Shown here one piece after another: positions 28,932 through 39,900 of a stretch of DNA of 64,000 nt. Position 1 is the stretch's first letter. Every line of letters begins with the position of its first letter. Under the pieces are notes generated by a model, which was not told the origin of the DNA, did no database searches, and worked only from the letters and a program-made list of their open reading frames with translations. A program made the position numbers and the translations under genes. The stretch spans positions 120,671 to 184,670 of the forward strand of contig PEZS01000010.1 in NCBI GenBank assembly GCA_002778785.1. Reading direction: 5' to 3'. The DNA is from Bdellovibrionales bacterium CG10_big_fil_rev_8_21_14_0_10_45_34. GTDB taxonomy: Bacteria > Bdellovibrionota > Bdellovibrionia > Bdellovibrionales > 1-14-0-10-45-34.

Positions 28932-30142
28932 TAGAACTTCCTCCAGTCACCGTTTTCGTTATTGGCATAGGTGTGATCCCAAATTGTATCTGCACTGGGT
29001 CCGGGCTCATCGCACACTTTTTCAAAAAGTATACGGTACTCGTTATCAAGTGAGGCCAGTCGCTCGAGATGTTCCTCTTTCTCGATCCATCCTAAGCGAG
29101 ACAGTTTTTTAGAATACTCCGCAATACAACAGGTCTCTGAATCGACGAAGTTGGCGCCAGAAGCCGAAGAGTGTCCGTATAAGCGCGAAACAAAAATCTC
29201 AGAAAGCACAGGCCTACCTGTTTTCTTGATGTAATCGATGTCTTCTTTCATTTTTGCATGAACTTCAAAAGGATCATTCCCGTTGATGACGCTAGTTCTT
29301 ATGCCGAAAGCTTTACCACGATCAGCGATGCTGGCTTCGCCATGCTGCGATTTGTAGTCGGTTGAGATGCCCCAATAGTTGTTTTGTACCGTGATGTAGA
29401 TTGGCAGCTCTGAGCCTGGTCGTGACGACCAAACGAGACAAGACGCGAAGTCTCCTTCTGCAGTGCCTGCGTCGCCGCCGGTAACAATAGTGATTCCTTT
29501 TGATTTTGCTCTCATTTGCGCGCGGGCCGTTCCGAGTGCCATAGTGTACTGAACTTCAATCGGACTACTGACAGGAACCACGTTCCATTCAGGATAGCAG
29601 TAGTGACCAGAAAAGTTGCGGCCACCAGTCGACCTATCTGTTGCTCTATTCATGGTCAGCCGAATCGCATCAACAGGTTCAAGACCAAGTGCAACCAGTG
29701 TTGGCGTGCAGCGATAATGGAGATGCAGGTAATCGTGATCAAGCCCTTGGCCCTTGTTGATCAAGTGGCCTAAGCTCACGCCAAAAGCTTCTTCGCCGGG
29801 GCCACCAATCCAAAAGTAGGCGTGTCCAGCTTTGTAAATTTTTATAAGCCTTTCCTCCAGGGCGCGGGAGATAAGCATTTGATCAAAAATCTTAAGTGCC
29901 AACTCTTTAGGAAGAGGACTTTGTGAAATGTTATGGGATTGAGGAGTCTTTGAAACCTTAGAAATAGAGCTAGCATTAAGAGAGCTAGCAGATTTAATTT
30001 TATTGCCGGTTTGCTTTTTATTTGGCAGGGCTCTGGTTGCTGAGCCTTTGGTTAATTTCGAAGTGCTGCCTGGTTTTTTTATTGGTTTAGATACTGGGAC
30101 CTTTAATTTTTTGGAACTGGATTTTCTTATGCTCAAAGACAC
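28931..30142 (-). CDS. 2-oxoacid dehydrogenase E1 component, alpha subunit (TPP-dependent), with basic N-terminal extension
   Basis: TPP-binding GGDAGTAEGDF...VQNNYWGIST. The first 85 or so residues are a K/S-rich low-complexity extension. Confidence 0.9.
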   Translation of the reverse strand: MSLSIRKSSSKKLKVPVSKPIKKPGSTSKLTKGSATRALPNKKQTGNKIKSASSLNASSISKVSKTPQSHNISQSPLPKELALKIFDQMLISRALEERLIKIYKAGHAYFWIGGPGEEAFGVSLGHLINKGQGLDHDYLHLHYRCTPTLVALGLEPVDAIRLTMNRATDRSTGGRNFSGHYCYPEWNVVPVSSPIEVQYTMALGTARAQMRAKSKGITIVTGGDAGTAEGDFASCLVWSSRPGSELPIYITVQNNYWGISTDYKSQHGEASIADRGKAFGIRTSVINGNDPFEVHAKMKEDIDYIKKTGRPVLSEIFVSRLYGHSSASGANFVDSETCCIAEYSKKLSRLGWIEKEEHLERLASLDNEYRILFEKVCDEPGPSADTIWDHTYANNENGDWRKF

Positions 30143-30341
30143 TGCTTCCCCTTTACCGTCCTACAGCCTACGACTGACCGAATACACCCTTCCCAAGTGC
30201 GCTGAAATAAACACCTGAAAAAGTAAGCACCGGTTCATTAAGTTAGGTGCCCGATCGGAGGTATTCGTTTTCAACAATCAAAACTTCATTAACCTCGAGG
30301 GAAAACTTTATACCGACACAGCTCTGAGGGCAAACATCGGT

Positions 30342-30611
30342 TTACTGGGCTTGGGCCGGCTCTCTGTTAGCGGGTAGGTTAGTAGGGTTTGGGGACTTTT
30401 CGCTTTCTGGCCTGTCCGAAAGAGGGGCTTCAGCTAATGGAGTATTGGTCTTTAAATTGGGATTGGTAGTGTCAAATAGCCTAGGGCCGGTGTTCTTTCC
30501 GTAGGAGAGGATTTCTGCTTCCTGAGGGCTGCTAGGATCACCTTGAGCTGGCAAGACACCTAAAAAAAGTACGCAAGGCAGTAGTGCCAAATAAATCCAG
30601 CATTCTCGCAA
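30342..30611 (-). CDS. hypothetical small secreted Pro-rich protein
   Basis: The track ORF 30342..30764 has a signal-peptide-like segment (WIYLALLPCVLFLGVLPAQG) far from its N-terminus. A TTG at 30611 would place it correctly. Weak call. Confidence 0.3.
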   Translation of the reverse strand: MRECWIYLALLPCVLFLGVLPAQGDPSSPQEAEILSYGKNTGPRLFDTTNPNLKTNTPLAEAPLSDRPESEKSPNPTNLPANREPAQAQ

Positions 30612-30812
30612 ATTAAGTGATTTTGTATTCCTACGGAATCGTGGCAAAGCTGACCGCCCCCAAGTCCACTTTACTGCAAATCCTGTGCTGGTCATCTCTT
30701 CTGTCGGGTTAGGAACGCTCCTATAACCGTCTAAAGTTGTTACAGATGTTTCAGGAACCACCAATTTATGGCTGTTTTCACAACGACATTTACCTGCGCG
30801 TTGAATACGCGA

Positions 30813-31133
30813 CTACTTCAATGAGCTCTCGACCCATTGTCGATATGCATTGTTAACTTCAGCCTCCCTCAATACGATGACGCAGGGGCAGTCGTAGGGA
30901 TGGAGTTGTTCAACGCGCTTCGTGAGGGCATCAAGTTTTTCACCGCTAGTTTTGAAAATTGCGACAAACTCTTGATCTTCCTTCAACTGTTCGTTCCAAA
31001 TGTACAAAGAAGTTGCTGCTGGAAGAATATTTACGCACGCGGCAAGCTTCTCGCCAATAACAGTTCTTGCTAGCTGAGTTGCCGACTCCTTCGATTCAAA
31101 TGTTGAGTAGACGATGCCAAGATTACTAGTCAC
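30813..31133 (-). CDS. cutA: divalent-cation tolerance protein CutA
   Basis: 106 aa. IVYSTF...A..LA..V..KLAACVNI...SLYIWNEQL.EDQEFV.IFKT..EKL..L..RV..LHPYDCPCVI. Confidence 0.9.
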   Translation of the reverse strand: MTSNLGIVYSTFESKESATQLARTVIGEKLAACVNILPAATSLYIWNEQLKEDQEFVAIFKTSGEKLDALTKRVEQLHPYDCPCVIVLREAEVNNAYRQWVESSLK

Positions 31134-31330
31134 AATTTTTTCAACGCAAAACGTAAAAATGTTTCCATAAAAACTCCTCTTTAAAATTTACGGCTCAACA
31201 CCCAACACTGAGCAGCTTAAAACTGAGCAATCTGTTGTGATAATAGCTCACAGAGTCTTCTTTTGTACCATAATATCGTTGAAGCCGTTCTAAGTTCTTG
31301 TTAGGCCTTACAAAACATTGGAGGAAATCA

Positions 31331-31714
31331 ATGACGAAAATAATTCTAAAGCTTGTTTGCGGCATCTCTGTTGTCAGTGCGGTTACTGCGCTCACACCTG
31401 AAAATGTCTATGCTGAATCTGAACGAACGTTCCGAAGTTTGTACGCTGCTGCGAAAGAGCTATCCGGACTGCCAAGCCCAGAAGTGGTCAGTAGCTTATC
31501 CGGTGGACAGCAAGCCATTGCGTGCAATGCCGTGGCTGCCGCCTATCGATCTAGTTGTTACACAGCAAGAGTGACATTTTACGAAGCCACAGTTCGCTCT
31601 AAAGAAACGCACGAGCAAGTTGCCGTAAGGGTTAATTGCGTTCGTGTTCGCTACTCAGGCCCTGCCGCGAGAGCGTATCCAAATGGCCGCAACTATTGCG
31701 TGGGTTTGAACTAA
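31331..31714 (+). CDS. hypothetical secreted Cys-containing protein
   Basis: GGAGG lies 8 nt upstream of ATG 31331. Signal peptide MTKIILKLVCGISVVSAVTALTPENVYA and four Cys in the mature part. Confidence 0.6.
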   Translation: MTKIILKLVCGISVVSAVTALTPENVYAESERTFRSLYAAAKELSGLPSPEVVSSLSGGQQAIACNAVAAAYRSSCYTARVTFYEATVRSKETHEQVAVRVNCVRVRYSGPAARAYPNGRNYCVGLN

Positions 31715-31782
31715 GCGGAAAATTGATTAGATTTGTTTTCAACAATCTTAGATCACACTAATAAAACAGCGTCATTAACAAC

Positions 31783-31805
31783 GTCGCCCCGTAAGTCGGG
31801 GCGAC
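31783..31805. terminator. bidirectional intrinsic terminator between convergent genes
   Basis: Perfect 9-bp GC-rich stem GTCGCCCCG / CGGGGCGAC with loop TAAGT. ATATTTTA follows on the plus strand, and T-rich sequence follows on the minus strand downstream of fusA. Confidence 0.7.
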
Positions 31806-31855
31806 ATATTTTAGACCAAGCTCTTTAGATCTATTCTTTGTTTTCTGTTGTCTCT

Positions 31856-33964
31856 TTATTTCTTGTTTTCGGCGGCGCGCTTCTCTTGGTATTTCTTGAT
31901 GAGTTCTTCTTGAAGCTGGCGAGGTGCCGGAGAATACTTCGAGAATTCCATAGTGAACTCACCTTTACCCTGAGTGGCCGAGCGAAGATCTGTTGAGTAA
32001 CCAAACATTTCAGTGAGCGGAACCTCTGCTTCAACCGTTACGTAGCCTTCGTTGTTTTGGCTTCCCAAAATAACTCCGCGTCGCTGATTGATTTGCCCCA
32101 TGACCGTTCCTTGAAACTCTTCGGGAGCCTGTGTTTCTAGTTTCATCACTGGCTCTAGAACCACAGGGTTGGCTTTTTGAAAGGTTTCTCGAATGGCGGC
32201 CATCGCGCATACGCGGAACGCCATTTCGGATGAGTCAACGGGGTGAAAACCACCATCGTTGACAACCATTCTAACGCCAACTGTTTGAAAGCCAATGAGA
32301 TTACCTTTGTTGAGCTGCTCAGCAAATCCTTTATCGCAGGCAGGCACGTATTCTCGCGGAATAGAGCCCCCGACAATCTTATCGACAAATTCGTAATTCT
32401 TGCCATCTTCAAGCGGCAAGGGCTCCATGTAACCACCGATTTTCGCATATTGACCAGCTCCACCAGTTTGCTTTTTGTGAATCTGTAAGAACTCAACTTT
32501 TTGTGTGATAGTCTCGCGGTAAGCAACTTGTGGCTTGCCGGTAACAACGTCACATTTAAACTCGCGTTTCATCCTTTCGACGTAAACTTCTAGATGCAGT
32601 TCACCCATACCTGAAATGATAGTCTCGTTAGACTCTTCATCTCGATGCACTCGGAACGTCGGATCTTCTTTAGTAAATTTATTAAGCGCCTTCGAAAAAT
32701 TGGCATCTCCCGATTTGTCTTTAGGTGCAATAGCCAAAGAGATAACGGGATCTGGCACGTGCATCGAAGTCATGCTGTAGCGAATCTGGTCATCGGTGAA
32801 CGTATCACCCGATGCACAATCAACACCAAACATGGCGATGATGTCTCCGGCCTGCGCCTCTTCAACATCTTCCATATCGCTGGAGTGCATTCGAACCAGT
32901 CTTGGAACTTTAACCTTTTTACTATTTGAAGAGTTGTAGATCGTATCGCCCTTCTTGATTTTACCTTGGTAGACACGCATGTAAGTTAACTGTCCGAAAC
33001 GACCATCTTCTAATTTGAAAGCAAGCATACAAAGTGGAAGCTCGGTCTCAGATTTCAGTGTGACGAGTTCTTCGTTGTTGTCGAGGTCGTGCGCTCTATT
33101 AGTGACTTCATGAGGAGCCGGAAGCAACCGGTCTACATAGTCGAGCAACTCTTGAACGCCCTTATTCTTAAAAGCAGATCCCATAAAGACGGGACAGAAC
33201 TGCAAAGAAATAACGCCCTTACGCATTCCGACAATGAGCTCTTCTGCCGAGACTTCTTCTTCCATAAGAAACTTTTCTGCAACCAACTCGTCAAAGTCGG
33301 CGACTTTGCCAATAAGCTCATGACGAGCTGTTTTTGCACTCTCGAGCATGTTATCGGGGATCTTGTCGTAAACGATCTCTTCGCCGCTGTCCCCGCGGAA
33401 GTACACGGCTTTCATAAATACCAAATCAACGACACCTTCGTGCTTTTCTTCAAGACCAATAGGGAGTTGGCACATAACTGCATTGAGTCGAAGTTTTTCC
33501 CGCAGTTGTTCGGTGACGCGCGCCGGGTTGGCACCTGATCGGTCTAATTTATTGATAAAGGCCAGTCTCGGAACGCTATAGCGCCTCATTTGACGATCAA
33601 CTGTTATCGATTGGGATTGAACGCCCGCCACTCCGCAAAGAACCAAAATGGCTCCATCGAGGACTCGAAGCGCTCTTTCAACTTCAATCGTAAAATCGAC
33701 GTGTCCGGGGGTGTCGATAAGGTTGATCTGACAGTCCTTCCAGGTGCAATAGGTTGCAGCCGATTGGATTGTGATACCTTTTTCGCGTTCGAGGTCCATG
33801 CTGTCCATCTTGGCGCCAACTCCATCCTTACCTCGAACTTCGTGGATCGCATGAATGCGGCCTGTGTAGTACAAAATGCGCTCTGTGAGCGTTGTCTTGC
33901 CCGAATCAATGTGGGCCGAAATACCAATGTTACGTACTCTATCAATGGGTGCGCGCGTTGCCAT
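31856..33964 (-). CDS. fusA: elongation factor G
   Basis: 702 aa. G-domain motifs [17 protein letters not shown] and NKLD, with full EF-G domain order. Confidence 0.97.
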   Translation of the reverse strand: MATRAPIDRVRNIGISAHIDSGKTTLTERILYYTGRIHAIHEVRGKDGVGAKMDSMDLEREKGITIQSAATYCTWKDCQINLIDTPGHVDFTIEVERALRVLDGAILVLCGVAGVQSQSITVDRQMRRYSVPRLAFINKLDRSGANPARVTEQLREKLRLNAVMCQLPIGLEEKHEGVVDLVFMKAVYFRGDSGEEIVYDKIPDNMLESAKTARHELIGKVADFDELVAEKFLMEEEVSAEELIVGMRKGVISLQFCPVFMGSAFKNKGVQELLDYVDRLLPAPHEVTNRAHDLDNNEELVTLKSETELPLCMLAFKLEDGRFGQLTYMRVYQGKIKKGDTIYNSSNSKKVKVPRLVRMHSSDMEDVEEAQAGDIIAMFGVDCASGDTFTDDQIRYSMTSMHVPDPVISLAIAPKDKSGDANFSKALNKFTKEDPTFRVHRDEESNETIISGMGELHLEVYVERMKREFKCDVVTGKPQVAYRETITQKVEFLQIHKKQTGGAGQYAKIGGYMEPLPLEDGKNYEFVDKIVGGSIPREYVPACDKGFAEQLNKGNLIGFQTVGVRMVVNDGGFHPVDSSEMAFRVCAMAAIRETFQKANPVVLEPVMKLETQAPEEFQGTVMGQINQRRGVILGSQNNEGYVTVEAEVPLTEMFGYSTDLRSATQGKGEFTMEFSKYSPAPRQLQEELIKKYQEKRAAENKK

Positions 33965-34142
33965 GGATTCTATTCACCTCTTGGATTTATGGAAGAATGC
34001 CCAATTACACAAAAAAATTGGACTAGACTCCCAAATGATTGAACGCGCTGTTCTACCATAGAATCGACTCTTCAGGCAAAAAGAAATAATGGCGCGGGCG
34101 GCTCTTGTGGCAAGTAGGAGAGTCAGGGGATAGAATTGAAAA

Positions 34143-35600
34143 ATGCAAGAGTTTGAAAAGGGCCAAAAGTTGCTTTTAGAAAAATTTGGTTTCTCGAGCT
34201 TCAGAGACGGACAAGAAGAGGTCTTAAGGGCGCTTCTGGATGGCGAAACCAGAGAAATTTTGGCTATTTGGCCTACCGGAGCCGGCAAGAGTCTTTGTTA
34301 TCAGCTCCCGGCGGGTCTCTTGTCAGGCACGGTGGTCGTTTCACCACTGATTTCGTTGATGGATGACCAAGTTCAATCTTGCCGTAGGTTCGGAATTCGA
34401 GCGGCAGCTATTCATTCTCATAAAAGTCGCAGCGATAAGGATAAATATTTTCAAGATTTTCAAGAGAGAAAACTGGATATCTTGTTCGTGACGCCGGAGA
34501 GATTCTGGAGACCCGAGTTTTTAGAACGTCTCAAAGAGCAAAAAATTGAGCTCTTCGTTGTTGATGAGGCGCACTGTATTTCGAGTTGGGGAATGGATTT
34601 TCGGCCAGACTACTCAAAGCTCGGAGAAGTCATTGAAGCCACCTCACCCAAAAGAGTGTTGGCCCTTACAGCAACGGCAACAGCAAGAGTACGAGAAGAC
34701 ATTATAGAGCAGCTTCGACTAAGAGACGTAAAAACTTTTAATCAGACAGTGGTGCGCAGAAATCTGTCTTTGAATGTATGCTCTGTCTACGGGCAAGATG
34801 AAAAAATAAGACACATTGTGCTGCTCAGGCATTCTATTGCTGGGTCGGCGATTATTTATTTTAGCCTCATTTCAACACTCGAAAAGTTTGGCAAGGCCCT
34901 GCATGATTTAGGGCTTTCATTCGAGACTTACCATGGCGATTTATCCTCAAATGAGAGAAGACGCGCTCAGAAGCGTTTTTTAAACGGAGAGAGTCAATTG
35001 ATCTTGGCGACTCCTGCTTTTGGACTCGGTATTCACAAAGACGACATACGTTTGATTGTGCACGCAGAAATTCCTGGCAGTATTGAAGCTTACTATCAAG
35101 AAGTGGGAAGAGCGGGCAGAGATGGCAAATCTTCGCAGGCGTATCTTCTCTATGACGAAGAAGATGCATCGATACAGATGGATTTTATAAAATGGGCAAC
35201 GCCTGAAGCTTCGTTTGTGAGGAGCGTTTACAGGGAGCTTAAGAGCTACCCGCAAGACTTCTACCAGAGGGGGCCGCGAGCGATTAAAAAAAAATTGATC
35301 TTCAGGAACTTAAGAGATTTTCGCGTAGAGACCACGTTAAACCTGCTTGAAAGGTGGGGAGTCCTTAAATGGCAAAACGATCGGAGAAAAGAATACGATT
35401 TAGAAGAGCTCGGATCGTTTTGGCTGGATTCAATAGATGCTAATAATCGGAGCCGAGTTCTTCAAAAAGGGCTTCTTGAGATGATCACCTTTACGAGTAC
35501 AAACGGCTGTCGAATGAGATCTATTCAGACCTATTTTGGCGAAGAAAACCAAATCGTGCGCTGTGGGACTTGCGATGTTTGCAAGGGGGCTGCTGATTGA
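34143..35600 (+). CDS. recQ: RecQ-family ATP-dependent DNA helicase (short, no HRDC)
   Basis: FGFSSFRDGQEEV, Walker A PTGAGKSLCYQ, DEAH box VVDEAHCISSWGMDFRPDY, and a C-terminal Cys cluster CGTCDVC. Confidence 0.88.
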   Translation: MQEFEKGQKLLLEKFGFSSFRDGQEEVLRALLDGETREILAIWPTGAGKSLCYQLPAGLLSGTVVVSPLISLMDDQVQSCRRFGIRAAAIHSHKSRSDKDKYFQDFQERKLDILFVTPERFWRPEFLERLKEQKIELFVVDEAHCISSWGMDFRPDYSKLGEVIEATSPKRVLALTATATARVREDIIEQLRLRDVKTFNQTVVRRNLSLNVCSVYGQDEKIRHIVLLRHSIAGSAIIYFSLISTLEKFGKALHDLGLSFETYHGDLSSNERRRAQKRFLNGESQLILATPAFGLGIHKDDIRLIVHAEIPGSIEAYYQEVGRAGRDGKSSQAYLLYDEEDASIQMDFIKWATPEASFVRSVYRELKSYPQDFYQRGPRAIKKKLIFRNLRDFRVETTLNLLERWGVLKWQNDRRKEYDLEELGSFWLDSIDANNRSRVLQKGLLEMITFTSTNGCRMRSIQTYFGEENQIVRCGTCDVCKGAAD

Positions 35601-36271
35601 CGAAGTTGGTGCTTATCGAGAGGTTGCTTTCTCGCCCTAGTGTCTTTCCGAAGGCAGAGCTGGCAAGTGAAGACGGGCTTTTGTGCTTTAGCGACCAGCT
35701 TTCGGTCGAACTTTTAGTAGATGCCTATTCGCATGGTATCTTCCCGTGGCCGCAGGAGGGATACCCGATCATGTGGTTTTCGCCAGATCCGAGGGGAATC
35801 CTCGTCAATGACAAACTTCATAAAAGCAAAAGTCAGTTGAAGTCTGAAAAAAAACTTTTGAGTCACTGTCGTTTCGAACGAAATAGCCGATTCGAGGAGG
35901 TGATTAGGGGTTGTGCGACCGTCGTCCGTAAAGGTCAGGCTGGTACGTGGATTACTCCGAAGATGGTTGAAGTATACATCAACCTCAACAGCGTAGGTGC
36001 TGCTGAAAGTTTTGAGCTGATCGATGAGGGTGATCAGCTCGTCGCGGGCCTCTATGGTGTGCGACTGAAAAACTATTTTTCGGCAGAAAGTATGTTCGGT
36101 ACAAAACCGGATTCTTCAAAGATAGTACTATCTTATGCTTCAACGCTATTGGCGAGCGAGGGGGTGACTTGGATCGACACACAGATGTTGACGCAGGTCA
36201 CCTCTCAGCTGGGTGCCGAGCTCATTTCGCGCAATCAGTTTTTGATATTGCTCCGAGAAGCGCTTCACTGA
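35597..36271 (+). CDS. aat: leucyl/phenylalanyl-tRNA--protein transferase
   Basis: TTG start overlapping the recQ stop (TTGA). Motifs YSHGIFPWP, WFSPDPRGIL and AGLYGV. Confidence 0.88.
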   Translation: MTKLVLIERLLSRPSVFPKAELASEDGLLCFSDQLSVELLVDAYSHGIFPWPQEGYPIMWFSPDPRGILVNDKLHKSKSQLKSEKKLLSHCRFERNSRFEEVIRGCATVVRKGQAGTWITPKMVEVYINLNSVGAAESFELIDEGDQLVAGLYGVRLKNYFSAESMFGTKPDSSKIVLSYASTLLASEGVTWIDTQMLTQVTSQLGAELISRNQFLILLREALH

Positions 36272-36753
36272 TCTTTAACCTCGAATTCCACGTCAATGAC
36301 TTCAGGTTCGTTTTGCGAAGAAGAGGGGGAGCTCACCCTATTAGTCCGAGAGGTTGGTCCCGCGCCATTATTTTGAGAGGAGTTTCCCCTAAAATCCTCT
36401 TTCACGCCTTGGTAACGAATCCAGTCCGTCCAAATTCGTCGTTTGAGATGCCGAAACTGCCAGGCACGGATGAGATAAATAGCCATCAATGTTAACCCAA
36501 CGTAGTTACCCGAAGGCTCACCAAAGAGCCGATTAACAGTGGCACCCATGATAAAATACCAGAAGCCATTCCATAGGATAGTGGGCATGCGAAAACTAGG
36601 GAAAGCGAAGCTAAAAACTGCCGCAATCGACATAAAAAACAAAAGAATCGAGAGTGCGAATTCGCCAAAAGTCATAGAAAACTCCGAAGCAGAAAGGCGG
36701 CTAAATAACAGCGGCCTAGCACAAAGTAGCATAAAAGAAAAGAAATGAATCAA
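36265..36753 (-). CDS. hypothetical membrane protein
   Basis: 162 aa with three or four TM helices followed by a polar S/N-rich tail. Its stop overlaps the aat stop region convergently. Confidence 0.55.
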   Translation of the reverse strand: MIHFFSFMLLCARPLLFSRLSASEFSMTFGEFALSILLFFMSIAAVFSFAFPSFRMPTILWNGFWYFIMGATVNRLFGEPSGNYVGLTLMAIYLIRAWQFRHLKRRIWTDWIRYQGVKEDFRGNSSQNNGAGPTSRTNRVSSPSSSQNEPEVIDVEFEVKDQ

Positions 36754-36902
36754 TTAAGTTCGATGATTTGATCGCAGCGCCAATGATTGGAAGTTCTTTT
36801 CATTCTACGAGATTTTGTTAACCTACGAACTTACTTTGTTATTTTGCAAGTACGTCGCTGCCAGGCGCCCGTTCTGTATGAGTAGCAAAAAGGGAGTATC
36901 GA

Positions 36903-39900
36903 GTGAATTTGGGCGATTGGGCTTTTAAGTACCTTGTTTTGGGAACCCGGCGAGAGCGACTTTCGCAATCAATCGAGTCATCTGAGATCGCCTGCAAAAG
37001 GTTGTTTCCCGAGCGGCAGGTATTGACGAAAGACTTCACTCAAGGTTTTTCGCCCTCTGTTTTGCCTATAAATATGGAGTTCCGATTTGTTAATAAAAAC
37101 GACGGAAGTATAGAACACGTTCACATAGCAGATATTATTTATTCACCATTTAGTAATCTACTCAATTCCAAGTTGATCCCATACGTAGAGGAAGCACGAT
37201 TCTTTGCAGACGTAGATTTACTGGCAAACAGCGTGAATCGTCCGACCAAGCTCGTGTGGCTATCTACTTTAGGTATTCTAAGGCACTCCATTCAGTTGCT
37301 TCGCACGGAGCAAATTGAATGCATCATCGTAGCCGCGAACTCAGAACAACTCGTAAAAGAAATTCAGTTCCTGACTCAAGAGCAACAAGAGCAAGTGACG
37401 ATGAATCTCAAAGTAGAATCATCCGGCGACGAAGTTAAAATTTCGGTGGTTCCCAACGAAACAGATGAATGGCTAGGACCCCAGGCCATCTGGTCTTCGA
37501 CAAACCAAAAACTTCTTCTGCACTCAATGGGACGAGTGATTCTAGACACGTTTGATCTTATCGATCCTCAAATATCTCAGAAGTGGAGGCTGCAAGGTCT
37601 ACTCGATATTCATAGCATTCGATCTACTATGACGGCCCAAGAGTGGAAGAAGATTTACCGATATATAAAAAAGCAGCAGGGTACACTACGATTTGACGTT
37701 GTACTTGATAAGAAAACACTTGAGCTGAGTCGCACAGACGTAAGAGTTTACATTGAAGTAGATAAGGCTGGGGTAAAAATTAAAGCCGCCGCACTCGATG
37801 AGGCAAAGGAGCTGGAGTTTCTTGAGCCGCATCCGTTTTTTGCTGTGATCCTAAGAACATTGAGCCGAGGTATGGGATCGCTTTTTCATCGCCTTCAACA
37901 TATGAAGGGCTGGGACTACCCTCAATGGACTTACGAATGGCCTGGTGGCATTCAAAAACATCAGGGCTTCATGGCTTTTTTCTGGCAACAATTCACTAAG
38001 AATTTGAAAGTGAGCAAAGAAGGGATTGTTCTTCAGGGAACTCACCAAGATTTTGTGGATAGTTTTGTCGAAAAGACTTTTGCCAACTACGGAGAAGAAA
38101 TTTCCGATTTTGATAAGCAGTCCCGGAAGATGGAAAATTCGCTGCTTTGGCTTGTGGGCAAGCTTGAAATTTTACTTGCTGAGACTTCAATGGTTCAAAG
38201 TGCAAACCGAATAAACCTCGTTAATCAATATCCCTATGTGTGGTTAGAGCTGGTGTCCCAGTGGATAGATCAAGTCTTACGGAATTTGGGACCCGATGTT
38301 TTTCGGCGCACGAGAGGGACGGAGTGGCTGGCATGGTCTTCAAACGTCAGTCAGCCAACAGCTGGATTTGATCAATGGTTAGAGACCTCCGGTAGTGATG
38401 TGGTGTGGTTTGCTGAAAAAGCGTTAACTCCACCCTTCGGCCTAAAGTTTTGGTTTGAATTGGCGCGAAGTCTTAACGCTTCTCTCACCTATGAAGGCCT
38501 TGAGGTAAACACCATCGCCAAAGGTCGTTTCGAAGGCAGATTCGAGTTATCATCGGGCGTTTCACAAGAAGGTAGTCGTGCTCGCGGCAGAGATTGGTTT
38601 ACACTTTCTCCTCAGTTCTTTTTAGCGGGTCAGAAGTTGAATGAGAGCCAGATAAATGACCTAGGCTCTCACGGCGTCATCAAAGTAGCGGACACTTTTT
38701 ATTTGCTGGATGATCGAGATTTACCATCAGTCCAGGCACTCGAAGTATTTTGGAACAACCTCGCGAAAAAGAATGAAAATAAGACCGCAAAAGCGGGAGC
38801 CGAGCTCTACTTTGTCGGGACAAATGAAACTCTAGAGCTATTGAGACTGAGATCTGCCGGAGTAGAAATTCGTGGGAATGAAAAGTGGAATAAACTTTGT
38901 GAATTCTACGACCAACTCGGTAAGAATCGCGACGCAAGTATAATCACTGACAAGTTTATGGGTGAGCTGAAAGAGTATCAAACCCAATGCGTCCACTGGC
39001 TATTCGACCTCTACCGTTTGGGACTGGGCGGAATTCTTGCTGATGATATGGGTCTCGGGAAAACTGTTCAGACTCTCGCATTCTTGGATGTTTTAAGGAC
39101 TCACGAAGATGGTTTGGGAGAATGCGCTATTATTGTTCCCGCGACACTTACCCACAACTGGATGTCTGAGATTAGAAGATTCGTCCCGCATATGAAGGCA
39201 GATTATTTTACCCATCAAAGCATGAGCGAAAGCCTGTTAAAAAAGGAAGAGTCGTATTCTGAGAGAATATTGATCGTCACTTACGGCCAATTGATTGAAC
39301 ATAGAAAATACTTTGAGGATAAGAAGTGGCACGTTGTTGTTCTAGATGAAGCTCAGAACGTGAAAAACCCCCGAAGCAAGCGCGCGACAGTATCGCGTTT
39401 GATGGACGCGAGATTCAAACTTTGTTTAACCGGTACACCCCTTGAAAACCACGTCGGTGAGTTTTACTCTTTGATGGAAATTGCCGTTCCAGGAGCACTG
39501 GGAGACTACAAAGTGTTTCGCTCGGAATATCTCAAAGACAACGAAGAAAGCTACCGAAAGGTCGGTCAGTTAAAAGATAAGATTAAGCCACTCGTGCTGC
39601 GCAGAAGTAAAAAAGAGATTCTTAAAGATCTTCCGCCGAAAACAGAGTCTGTGGTTGTGGTCCCATTTGATGAAAGACAAAAAAATATTTATAGAGACAT
39701 AGCACTTTCCTGGAACAAGAAGGTTTCGGAGTCTCTCAGATCTCAAGGCGAGGCCAAAAGCCAGCTTCTCATGCTAACAGCATTGCTTCGGTTGAGGCAG
39801 GTTTGCTCCGATCCAGCTGCGTTACCGGGGGTTGAGTATCCGAGCGTGCCTCCGAAGGTGGCTTTGCTAGCAGACAGTATGCAAGACATCGTTGCTGAAG

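Noticed and set aside
30342-31133. The cutA stop, TAG 30813, is in frame with the downstream ORF 30342..30764, which would suggest a CutA fusion.
   Set aside because: CutA ends at its normal length (106 aa). The downstream sequence looks like an independent small secreted protein with its own TTG start and signal peptide. Being in the same frame has a 1 in 3 chance expectation.
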